Source: Flavobacteriales bacterium (lineage in GTDB: Bacteria > Bacteroidota > Bacteroidia > JACJYZ01). Taken from it: 64,000 bases of DNA. The notes under the pieces are model-generated. The model worked only from the letters and a program-made list of their open reading frames with translations. It was not told the origin of the DNA and searched no databases. The stretch covers positions 619 through 64,618 of the forward strand of contig JAGQZQ010000005.1 in NCBI GenBank assembly GCA_020435415.1, written 5' to 3'. A program made the position numbers and the translations under genes. Positions 47,930 through 56,294 of the stretch are shown piece by piece (within the stretch, counting starts at the first letter, position 1; each line of letters begins with the position of its first letter).

Positions 47930-48664
47930 GTGGAAGAACTCATCTATTTTTTCCTCCTTGCTTTGTTGGCGGAGATACTAGGCACCGTGGGAGGGTTTGG
48001 TTCTTCCATGCTCTTTGTCCCAATTGCCGGATTGTTCATGGACTTTCATTCCGTTCTTGGTATAACCGCCCTGTTTCATGTGGCCAGTAATATCACCAAG
48101 ATCGCTTTCTTTCGTAAAGGGTTTGACAAGAAACTGGTTCTGTCCATGGGTATTCCAGCGGTATTGCTGGTCATTGTCGGGGCATATTTCAGTAGCTTGT
48201 TCAGATCGGATGTGCTGGAGTTTCTGTTGGCCATTTTCCTGATATTGTTAAGTGCGGCATTGCTCCTGTTTCCTCAGTTGAAGTTAAAGGCCACACAGGG
48301 TAATGCGATTGGAAGTGGAATGCTCTCAGGTATCATCGCAGGTATGCTGGGAACCGGAGGTGCCATCAGGGGCATAGCCTTGACTGTATTTCATCTCAAA
48401 ACGGAAGTGTTCATCGCCACCTCAGCCATGATCGATCTTGGGGTGGACTTGAGTCGGAGTGTGGTTTACGTATTGGAAGGTTATGTGCATAGAAAGGAAA
48501 TGCTTCTGATCCCAATGCTTCTGGTTGCCAGTGTTGTCGGTACCTATACCGGTAAACGTATTCTCGAAAAACTATCGGAAGAGCAATTCAGAAAGATCGT
48601 TCTTGTGCTGGTTTTATTTACAGGCCTCTTTACTTTGGGAAGGTGGGTGGCGGTGAATGTGTAG
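47930..48664 (+). CDS. TauE/SafE-family anion exporter membrane protein
   Basis: 244 aa and 7-8 TM helices, with two internal repeats carrying G-rich helices (GTVGGFGSS; GMLGTGGAIRG). GTG start. Confidence 0.7.
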   Translation: MEELIYFFLLALLAEILGTVGGFGSSMLFVPIAGLFMDFHSVLGITALFHVASNITKIAFFRKGFDKKLVLSMGIPAVLLVIVGAYFSSLFRSDVLEFLLAIFLILLSAALLLFPQLKLKATQGNAIGSGMLSGIIAGMLGTGGAIRGIALTVFHLKTEVFIATSAMIDLGVDLSRSVVYVLEGYVHRKEMLLIPMLLVASVVGTYTGKRILEKLSEEQFRKIVLVLVLFTGLFTLGRWVAVNV

Positions 48665-48829
48665 GCACCTAAACTGCGTTTCCGAACACTTTTACATCAT
48701 CAATTGTTATCTATGAAAGGATGATTCTGATATGTCGTTATCGGAGAAGTTTTGTGTATGGTTAATTCTTCACTTGCATCGCATGGCCGCTTCGCATGAC
48801 GTTATTTTTTACTTCAATGATTCAGCACC

Positions 48830-50104
48830 ATGAAGGTCACTGTCCATTGGTTCAGGAGGGATCTGCGGTTGGATGATAACACCGCGCTCACCCATGCCCT
48901 TCGGTCAGGTTATCCTGTACAGGCTGTTTTTATATTCGATGACAGGATACTGGAAGGACTGCCTGATGATGATCCGAGGGTGTCATTCATATACGGGTGT
49001 TTGGAAGATATCCACCGACAGCTCCATAAACATGGTGGTGCATTGCACGTGGTTCGCGGAAGGCCTGAGGAAGTGTGGGCAGCGCTATTGAATACATACG
49101 AAATTGCAGGGGTATATTTTAATAAGGACTATGAACCTTACGCATTGCAGAGAGACCGCCAGGTTACTGACATCTTGAAGCAAAGAGGAATCGGTGTTCA
49201 CACATTCAAGGACCAGGTGATCTTCGAGGAGAACGAGGTGATAAAAAGCGACGGTTCACCCTATAAAATTTTTACTGCTTATAAGAACAAATGGTTGGAA
49301 CAGTTCATGCATCATGACATTGGATGTGATAGCGCTCCTCCAAACTATAACAGATTGCAATTGAACTTTCCCGGTCGTGAGGAGGTCGGACTGAAGAAAA
49401 GTAACGTTCACGTGGCTGCCTGTGATATCGACGGTCTTTTGGATTACGCGGCGCTCAGGGATTTTCCTTCACGTCATGTGACAAGTAGGTTGGGCCCGCA
49501 TCTGCGTTTTGGTACGGTTAGTATACGCTGGCTTGTAGCAAGGGTCAGGAACATATCCGAGGTGTTTCTCAGCGAATTGATATGGCGTGAATTTTTTATG
49601 CAGATACTGTTTCATTTTCCACATGTGGTGCATTCCTGCTTTAACGCCCAATACGATCGGGTTAAATGGAGAAACAATGAAACGGAATTTGAAAAGTGGT
49701 GCGAAGGTAAAACCGGTTATCCTTTGGTAGACGCTGGTATGCGTGAGCTGAATGAAACGGGATACATGCATAACCGTGTGCGCATGGTGACGGCCGGATT
49801 CCTCTGCAAACACTTGCTGGTAGACTGGCGGTGGGGTGAGGCTTACTTTGCACGTAAATTACTGGATTATGAGCTGGCATCGAACAATGGCAACTGGCAG
49901 TGGGCAGCGGGAACCGGTTGTGATGCGGCACCGTATTTTCGTGTTTTTAATCCGGAAACCCAACAGAAAAAGTTCGATAAAGACTTACTGTATATCAAAC
50001 GCTGGTTGCCTGAATTTGAAACACCGGAATATCCGAAGCCAATCGTTGAGCACACATCTGCAAGAGCGAGGGTGATGGATGCATTTGCCTTGACACGACA
50101 ATAG
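48830..50104 (+). CDS. Deoxyribodipyrimidine photolyase / cryptochrome-DASH family flavoprotein (424 aa)
   Basis: VHWFRRDLRLDDN N-terminal domain and the FAD-binding domain TGYPLVDAGMRELNETGYMHNRVRMVTAGFL...NNGNWQWAAGTG. Confidence 0.9.
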   Translation: MKVTVHWFRRDLRLDDNTALTHALRSGYPVQAVFIFDDRILEGLPDDDPRVSFIYGCLEDIHRQLHKHGGALHVVRGRPEEVWAALLNTYEIAGVYFNKDYEPYALQRDRQVTDILKQRGIGVHTFKDQVIFEENEVIKSDGSPYKIFTAYKNKWLEQFMHHDIGCDSAPPNYNRLQLNFPGREEVGLKKSNVHVAACDIDGLLDYAALRDFPSRHVTSRLGPHLRFGTVSIRWLVARVRNISEVFLSELIWREFFMQILFHFPHVVHSCFNAQYDRVKWRNNETEFEKWCEGKTGYPLVDAGMRELNETGYMHNRVRMVTAGFLCKHLLVDWRWGEAYFARKLLDYELASNNGNWQWAAGTGCDAAPYFRVFNPETQQKKFDKDLLYIKRWLPEFETPEYPKPIVEHTSARARVMDAFALTRQ

Positions 50105-50139
50105 GCGGGACTGGGGTTTGTTGATATTATTGGGTGTTC

Positions 50140-50172
50140 GGGGCGCACGAATTCCCCTCCCCGGTTCAAGTT
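50140..50172 (+). terminator. Second copy of the GGGG-loop-CCCC hairpin plus the GAATTCCCCTCCCCGGTTCAAGTT motif, 36 nt downstream of the photolyase gene
   Basis: GGGG (50140-50143) pairs with CCCC (50154-50157). Motif 50149-50172 is the paralogue of 37266-37289. There is no U-tract. Confidence 0.3.
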
Positions 50173-50480
50173 CGTCAATCCTTCGATATGCGTGGGGAAA
50201 TACCTTTGGCTCTTCTTACATAGGTAAGAAGGATTGACCTTTTGGTTGAGACGGTAAATCTATCTTCCGATAAAAATTACATATGAAAGAAAATGTATCG
50301 ATCTCGGCCCACGCTATGATCTCATCTTTGTAACTTGTTCCGGGGAGGGAAATTGATGTACCCCTGCTTAAAAAGTTACGTTGCCAGTTTGTGTCTCTCA
50401 ATACTTCAACACCCATCATACATTTTCACTATCAACCCATTCCCTCATCCCGTATATTTGAATAACAAATAACCCTTGCC

Positions 50481-50843
50481 ATGAAGAAAAATCCAGCCGT
50501 GGATGAATACCTGAAAAAGAAGGACCATCCGATGACCGATGAGATCAACCAGGTCAGGGAGATCATTCTGACCACCGACGACCGCATCGAGGAGACCATC
50601 AAATGGAGCAGTCCCACCTTTATCTATAAAGGCAACATGGCATCCTATTTTATGAATGCCAAAACCTTTGTAAGCTTGATGTTTCACAAAGGAGCGACCA
50701 TCAAAGATCCACACAACCTTTTGGAAGGCGACGGCAAGGAAGCCCGGGTGGCCCGTTTTGAAGATGCAAAGGATATTACCAAAAAGAAGAAGGCGCTCCA
50801 GGCCGTGGTAAAGGAATGGATCAAAACGCAAGATGCAATCTGA
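50481..50843 (+). CDS. DUF1801 (YdhG-like) domain protein
   Basis: VDEYLKKKDHPMTDEINQVREIIL...IEETIKWSSPTF.YKGNMA fits DUF1801. TATATTTG (-7 box) lies at 50453-50460. Confidence 0.7.
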   Translation: MKKNPAVDEYLKKKDHPMTDEINQVREIILTTDDRIEETIKWSSPTFIYKGNMASYFMNAKTFVSLMFHKGATIKDPHNLLEGDGKEARVARFEDAKDITKKKKALQAVVKEWIKTQDAI

Positions 50844-51384
50844 GATGGCCGAACAACTAGGTATACATGAAATCACACCACAGGATGTGGATCTGATCAC
50901 CAGCTACTGGGCAGAATCAGATGACCGTTATCTTGAAGGCATGGGGGTGGATCTGGGCAAGATGCCCGACCCGGAAGTTTTCAGGGAAATGTTGAATGCA
51001 CAGATCTCAAAACCCATCCGTGAAAAGCAGGCCTATGCCTTGATCTGGACATGCAACGATTTACCCATAGGGCATAATAACATCAATCAGATCACCTTTG
51101 GTAAGCAGGCAAATATGCATCTTCACATATGGAAACAGGAACACAGAAAGAAGGGCTGGGGAGTGGGTCTTGTAAGACTTGCAATTCCGGTCTTCTTTGA
51201 GAAATATCAACTGGAGAGAATCCTTTGTGAACCCTATGCTTTGAATCCGGCGCCCCATAAATTACTTGAAAAAATAGGCTTCGAGTTTGTTAAAACATAT
51301 ACCACCATCCCCGGCTCCATCAACTTTGAACAGGAAGTGCACCAGTGGGTGATGACAAGAGAACATTGGAATCTGATACAATAG
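50833..51384 (+). CDS. GNAT-family N-acetyltransferase
   Basis: The motif A-like region HIWKQEHRKKGWGVGLVRLAI and ...ERILCEPYALNPAPHKLLEKIGF resemble RimJ/RimL-type GNATs. An alternative ATG at 50845 lies just after the upstream stop. Confidence 0.7.
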   Translation: MQSEMAEQLGIHEITPQDVDLITSYWAESDDRYLEGMGVDLGKMPDPEVFREMLNAQISKPIREKQAYALIWTCNDLPIGHNNINQITFGKQANMHLHIWKQEHRKKGWGVGLVRLAIPVFFEKYQLERILCEPYALNPAPHKLLEKIGFEFVKTYTTIPGSINFEQEVHQWVMTREHWNLIQ

Positions 51385-51403
51385 CAAGCCCCATCCCCAT
51401 CAT

Positions 51404-53314
51404 TTACCGGACTACAAGCTTACGGGTGTAGGATTTACCGGAACCTTCCATGCGAATAAGATAAATGCCAGGTGTGAATTCTTCTGTTGAGAATTTAAGA
51501 TGCTGCTGATCCACACTCGTAGTAACTACCATATTTCCTATCAAATCATAGCATGTGATTTTTACAACTTCTCCCAACGGTATTGTGTAAGGCCACCGGA
51601 CTGTGGTATGATGATGTGCGGGGTTAGGGAAGAGTTCCGGCAGCACTGAAGGTTCGGATATATCGTTCATGCCTATGGTTGCATCCGATACAGGTAGAAT
51701 CACCCGGGCAGGACGGTTGGTTTCATGATAAAAAGTGTTGGTGGCGATCAGCGTGTCGCCAGCCACATACATGGCCCCGCCGTTGTTCAGGTTGGCATCA
51801 AACCTGGGATAATTGGAAGAGGTGATGTCTAACCGGATGCGATGTCCCGCCGGAAAAGTAATGGCCGTATGATCGAATGTCAGCTCTACCTCATACACCT
51901 GGCCGGGAACCATGACAGCGGTATCCGATGCGGTATAGCCATCCCGGAACCGCATGCGTAAGACCTGGTCGCTTACCAGCATGGACCGGTTGTCAGGGTA
52001 AACGTCCGTCAACCGCAAACAAATGTCGGTGTCCTTCCGGTCGCTCGACATGTAAAGATGAACGCGAACTTCTCCCTGAACTTTTACGTCCTGTTGCAAC
52101 GGCGGCGTGGTGAAAGTGAGTATGTCGTTGCGGCTTTCCACTATAGGAGCCTGGTCGTAAGGTCCCTGGTCCAGATCCTGATGAAGGGTAGGGCCTCCAA
52201 TGGTTGGCGACGGATCGCGCGGGTCATACTGCAATGAAGTGGAAGAGGATGAAACCGCAGGCGATGATTCCCGCAATGTGTCATCTTCATGAAGATAAAG
52301 TGTGAGGTCCTGTGTAACCGGTGGCCAGGATGAAAACGTTTCCCACACGTTATCTCCCATCTGAAAACCCGTAACATTGGCGTTGGATGGCCAGTTGTTT
52401 GCAATACCCCGCAGGTGGTAGTCCAGAAATGCAAGTGCCAGGGAATCACTCCAGCCGGATGCTTCGGGGTAGAACAATTCACCCTGTTGACCTGAACCCA
52501 CCTGAGCTTGTCCAAATCCGCCATGCGCCCAGGGACCCATCACCAACCGATGCTGATCTTTGACGGCAGGGTCACCGGAACTTTTCAACAGGTTAAATAA
52601 GGAGGTCATGACATCCACATTATGGTCATACCAGCCACCGATCATCAACATGGGTACTTTGATCTGATCGGGATAAAGATTGGCACCCTCTGCGATCTGC
52701 CATGTGAGATTATGTACCGGATTGGCCAGCAGGAAGGGCGATAAGCCATAGCCCAATGCATCCAGCTGGTCGGCATATTCTTTACGGTAACATCCGCCGG
52801 GAAAGTATTCTTCATAGTTGAATTGTGAACCCGCCACCAACGGTACACTGCATACCAACGCTGCAGGTTGTTCCCTGGCAGTCTGAAACTGGATCTTACC
52901 AAGGGCGGACGGCCCCCATGTACCAACTTTGCCATTGCTCCATGATTGTGCTGCGATCCAATCTACCACATCCTTCCCATCCTGCCCCCGGTTGGGTTGG
53001 GCAATACACGCACCCTGGGATCCATAAAAACAGCGCCAGTCAACAATCACAAAAATGTAAGGACTGCTGTCCAGATTCTTTTGAAAGCCAAGTGGAAGTC
53101 CCAGCCGGTAATATAACCGGTTGTATGGTGTCTGGATGAGGATCACCGGGAAGGTGCCTCCTCCCTGGGGGATGTATATGTCCGCTGCGAGCTTCTTGCC
53201 ATCCCGCATGGGAATGGAATCTACCTGTGGTGTCAGAACCTGGGCGTTACAAATTCCCGGAATAAATAAGGAAATGAAGAGGACGAAAATGAGGAGACTG
53301 TTGAAAACACGCAT
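51404..53314 (-). CDS. CocE/NonD-family (S15 X-Pro dipeptidyl-peptidase-like) hydrolase with a T9SS C-terminal sorting domain
   Basis: Signal peptide, PVILIQTPY, and GTWGPSALG (GxSxxG serine nucleophile). The C-terminal roughly 80 aa (LFPNPAHHHTTVRW...GIYLIRMEGSGKSYTRKLVV) is a Por_Secre_tail-type CTD. Confidence 0.85.
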   Translation of the reverse strand: MRVFNSLLIFVLFISLFIPGICNAQVLTPQVDSIPMRDGKKLAADIYIPQGGGTFPVILIQTPYNRLYYRLGLPLGFQKNLDSSPYIFVIVDWRCFYGSQGACIAQPNRGQDGKDVVDWIAAQSWSNGKVGTWGPSALGKIQFQTAREQPAALVCSVPLVAGSQFNYEEYFPGGCYRKEYADQLDALGYGLSPFLLANPVHNLTWQIAEGANLYPDQIKVPMLMIGGWYDHNVDVMTSLFNLLKSSGDPAVKDQHRLVMGPWAHGGFGQAQVGSGQQGELFYPEASGWSDSLALAFLDYHLRGIANNWPSNANVTGFQMGDNVWETFSSWPPVTQDLTLYLHEDDTLRESSPAVSSSSTSLQYDPRDPSPTIGGPTLHQDLDQGPYDQAPIVESRNDILTFTTPPLQQDVKVQGEVRVHLYMSSDRKDTDICLRLTDVYPDNRSMLVSDQVLRMRFRDGYTASDTAVMVPGQVYEVELTFDHTAITFPAGHRIRLDITSSNYPRFDANLNNGGAMYVAGDTLIATNTFYHETNRPARVILPVSDATIGMNDISEPSVLPELFPNPAHHHTTVRWPYTIPLGEVVKITCYDLIGNMVVTTSVDQQHLKFSTEEFTPGIYLIRMEGSGKSYTRKLVVR

Positions 53315-53369
53315 GTTCGAACGCTTTTGTTATTCATAAAGATGCGTTAAATTGGCCAAAAATCATACC

Positions 53370-55064
53370 ATGAGAACCCTCCATCTCATTATAGTGTTGT
53401 TTTGTGTGGCTTGCGGATCGGGTTCAGAACCACCGCAGGAATACGTTGAACAGGGTCGCGGTATCATCGCTGACCATGCCATGGTGGTATGTGCACATCC
53501 CGCAGCTGCAAAGATCGGGCAGCAAATCCTGAAGAAAAAAGGGAATGCCGTGGATGCTGCTGTTGCTACCCAGTTGGCACTTGCGGTCTGCTATCCCAAC
53601 GCTGGTAACCTCGGTGGAGGGGGATTTATGATTGTTCGTTTGAAGGATGGAAGTACCGATGCGCTTGATTTCCGGGAAGTGGCGCCATCAGGGGCAACAA
53701 GGGATATGTTCCTTGATAAGGATGGTGAGGTACGGGAAGGCGTGAGTCTTGAAACGGGCCTGGCGGTTGGCATACCGGGTACTGTTGATGGAATATTCAA
53801 GGCTCATGCAAAATACGGACACCTACCGTTTGCTGAGCTGATCCAACCCGCCATAGATTTGGCCAGGAACGGATTTGAAGTAACGGCACTGCAGGCGGAA
53901 GAATTGAATGACCTCGATAGCCTATTCCGTGTCAGAAATCCCGGATACCATTATTTTGAAAAGGAAACACCCTGGCAGTATGGCGATATTCTGAAGCAGG
54001 AACATCTCGCCAGAACCCTGGAACATATCAGGGACCTGGGACGGGACGGATTCTATAAAGGTGAAACCGCCGAAGCCATTGTGAAAGCCTCCGCACGCAC
54101 GGGTGGCATCATTACAGCCGAGGATCTTAGCGCATACAATGCCACATGGCGCAAACCAGTTGAAGACACTTACCGGAAGTACCGCATCATCTCTATGCCT
54201 CCGCCATCCAGTGGCGGCGTGATTCTTCTTCAAATGCTGAAAATGCTGGAGAATTACGAGGTGGCTTCCCTCGGGTTTCAAAGTCCTGATGCCATGCACC
54301 TGATCGTGGAAGTGGAAAAACGTGCTTATGCAGATCGTGCCCAGCACCTGGGTGATCCTGATTTCTGGAAAGTTCCGCTGGATAATATGCTGGACAAGAA
54401 TTATCTGAAGGAAAGAATGGCCAACTATCAGCCAACTGCTACCAGGATATCAGATTCTATTCATGCGGGAGCTTTTACCGAACATGAAGAAACTACCCAT
54501 CTTTCTGTGATTGATGCGGATGGCAATGCGGTGTCTCTGACCACCACGCTGAATGACAACTATGGTTGTAAGATATTTGCGGATGAGGCCGGTTTCCTTC
54601 TCAACAATGAAATGGACGATTTCAACGCAAAGCCGGGCGTGCCTAACATGTATGGCCTGGTTGGCGGGGAAGCGAACGCTGTTGCCGGTGGCAAACGTAT
54701 GTTGAGTTCGATGACACCCACCATTGTTGAACGCGATGACAAACTGTGGATGGTCATAGGCTCTCCAGGTGGCTCAACCATCATTACTTCTGTCTTACAG
54801 GGTTTCCTGAATGTTGCGGAGTTTAAGATGACGATGCAGGAAGCAGTAGAAGCACCCCGGTTTCATCATCAATGGCTGCCAGACCTGCTACAGGTAGAGG
54901 AGGGGCGCATTTCCTCTCAAGTGCTTCATGCTTTGGAGGCTCGTGGACACCGCATTAAAGACCGTGGCCCGATGGGGCGGGTGGATGCCATTCTGATAAT
55001 GGATGACGGCAAACTCGAAGGTGGCGCCGATCCGAGAGGGGATGATACGGCGGAAGGGTTTTGA
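53370..55064 (+). CDS. ggt: Gamma-glutamyltransferase
   Basis: The autoprocessing site ...EETTHLSVIDADGNAVSLTTTLN and SSMTPTIV / GSPGGSTI motifs. The ORF-track start at 53352 is TTG and the ATG at 53370 precedes the signal peptide. Confidence 0.93.
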   Translation: MRTLHLIIVLFCVACGSGSEPPQEYVEQGRGIIADHAMVVCAHPAAAKIGQQILKKKGNAVDAAVATQLALAVCYPNAGNLGGGGFMIVRLKDGSTDALDFREVAPSGATRDMFLDKDGEVREGVSLETGLAVGIPGTVDGIFKAHAKYGHLPFAELIQPAIDLARNGFEVTALQAEELNDLDSLFRVRNPGYHYFEKETPWQYGDILKQEHLARTLEHIRDLGRDGFYKGETAEAIVKASARTGGIITAEDLSAYNATWRKPVEDTYRKYRIISMPPPSSGGVILLQMLKMLENYEVASLGFQSPDAMHLIVEVEKRAYADRAQHLGDPDFWKVPLDNMLDKNYLKERMANYQPTATRISDSIHAGAFTEHEETTHLSVIDADGNAVSLTTTLNDNYGCKIFADEAGFLLNNEMDDFNAKPGVPNMYGLVGGEANAVAGGKRMLSSMTPTIVERDDKLWMVIGSPGGSTIITSVLQGFLNVAEFKMTMQEAVEAPRFHHQWLPDLLQVEEGRISSQVLHALEARGHRIKDRGPMGRVDAILIMDDGKLEGGADPRGDDTAEGF

Positions 55065-55065
55065 T

Positions 55066-55491
55066 AGTAGGCAGTAGGCAGGAGGCAGGACGTAACGCGT
55101 TAGGTTACCGGAAGACTGTTTGCATTTGTGTACGCGGGAGTGTTGGAAGACAATAGAAATCAGACACCAGACAATAGAAAATAGACAAGAGAGACCAGAC
55201 AGAGGAGAGTATTCAGAAAAGTGTGCCGTTAAAGATATTGGTTAATTCGATCATGGAACTCTCTTTTAAGGTGGTCAATATAGAATATAGGTAGCCGGTT
55301 ACGTGCTCTTCGTTTCTATGTTTTTTCGTTGTTTATCAGGGTCAGGTATGATAAGTGGTTGTCTTGGCCGAAAACATGTTCCATCGCCTAATCTCTATTT
55401 TCTAATGTCTATTGTCTATAGTAACTGTTATTGGCACACCTTATCAGCAGATGGTTCCTTACTGCCTCCTGCCTCCTGCCTACTGCCTACT
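55066..55491. repeat. 426-bp element bounded by a perfect 25-bp inverted repeat, with nested oppositely oriented heptamer arrays
   Basis: Left arm 55066-55090 (aGTAGGCAGTAGGCAGGAGGCAGGA) is the exact reverse complement of right arm 55467-55491. Nine AGANNNN units at 55148-55210 face four NNNNTCT units at 55390-55417. The palindrome TAACGCGTTA lies at 55093-55102. Confidence 0.9.
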
Positions 55492-55505
55492 GCATCCGGT
55501 TAGTA

Positions 55506-55958
55506 TCACCTCACCTCCTCAATCACATACCTCCGGTTATTCCAGGTTATTTCGTCTCCTTTTTTCTTTCCTGATAGAGCCATTCCAATGGGCGATTCAG
55601 CGGAAATGATCAGGTATGGCATCCCTTCGACCTCTGCTTTTCCAATGCTGATGGCGATGTAAAACACTCCATCAGAAGTAATGACCAAAGAACCTGGTGT
55701 CACCGTTTCTGAGGTTCTGTTCGCCGGTATCGTTTCCATCACGGCCTTTAGTTTTTCCGCCTCGTGCAGTAGTTGCGCATTTTTCTCCACTTCGAGTTGT
55801 GCCATGGCCCGCCCGGTCTCGTGTTTGTCACCCGCACTGCTTTTTACTTCTTCATTTGCCGCCACCTGCGCTTCTGTTATTTCCTGTCTGATACGTTCGA
55901 TACGTGCGGTGGCGTATTGCATGCAGTGTGAATGAAGCCTTTCCTTGATGTGTTTCAT
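55506..55958 (-). CDS. GreA/GreB-family-like protein (coiled coil plus C-terminal GreA-type domain), 150 aa
   Basis: An N-terminal helical hairpin region and the C-terminal VTPGSLVITSDG.FYIAISIGK.....YLIISAESPIGMALSGKKKGDE resemble the GreA C-terminal domain. Confidence 0.55.
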   Translation of the reverse strand: MKHIKERLHSHCMQYATARIERIRQEITEAQVAANEEVKSSAGDKHETGRAMAQLEVEKNAQLLHEAEKLKAVMETIPANRTSETVTPGSLVITSDGVFYIAISIGKAEVEGMPYLIISAESPIGMALSGKKKGDEITWNNRRYVIEEVR

Positions 55959-56000
55959 TTGTATAATTCTTGCGGATGCAAAAATGGAAATGGTGTAAAT

Positions 56001-56294
56001 CTAATAAGAGGGATTCCCTCTGTTGTCCAGGAATGTGATCAACTCGATCTCATGGCCTTTGATTTTATAAACAAGTGAAGTATGTGCGGAAATAACACAT
56101 CGCCGCACTCCTTTCTTCAATCTGGAGGGAGGACAGAGTTGATGATAAGTTCTGAGTTTTGAAATGAGGCTCTCAACCTTGGTGTCAAATTGTATCGCTT
56201 CAACTTCTGACCAATGCTCCAGGATGTAACGAAGAACATTAAGATAGGTAGTTCTGGCCAGGGCCGACCAGATAACGGTTCTTGGTGTGGTCAC
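56001..56294 (-). CDS. Type II toxin, RelE/ParE superfamily (97 aa)
   Basis: Size, basic composition, the pattern ...Y.IL.....EVEA..F..K....I..L.......P......G.RR.V......L.Y......IEL..F.D.R..P, and the 4-nt overlap with the upstream small gene. GTG start. Confidence 0.7.
   Translation of the reverse strand: MTTPRTVIWSALARTTYLNVLRYILEHWSEVEAIQFDTKVESLISKLRTYHQLCPPSRLKKGVRRCVISAHTSLVYKIKGHEIELITFLDNRGNPSY

Noticed and set aside
50156-50175. tRNA or tmRNA 3'-end fragment (CCCCGGTTCAAGTTC resembles a T-arm GGTTCAAGT loop), possibly an att site. The same applies to 37274-37290.
   Set aside because: The flanks cannot form a T-stem or acceptor stem, no cloverleaf can be drawn, and no integrase lies within or next to the bracketed 12.9-kb block. 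It is kept only as a shared 3' motif.
50216-50419. 67-aa minus-strand ORF in the photolyase / DUF1801 gap
   Set aside because: No recognisable motif, no promoter-like box upstream, and it spans a perfect hairpin. It is more likely non-coding.
39263-55491. A mobile genetic element (prophage, ICE or transposon) explaining the accessory character of 39-55 kb
   Set aside because: No integrase, transposase, relaxase, phage structural gene or tRNA target was recognised on either strand. ORF6N genes alone do not define a prophage.
55303-55503. 66-aa ORF inside the inverted-repeat element, and the overlapping 55412-55609 ORF
   Set aside because: They have non-ATG starts, run through the heptamer arrays and the right arm, and show no protein-like composition.
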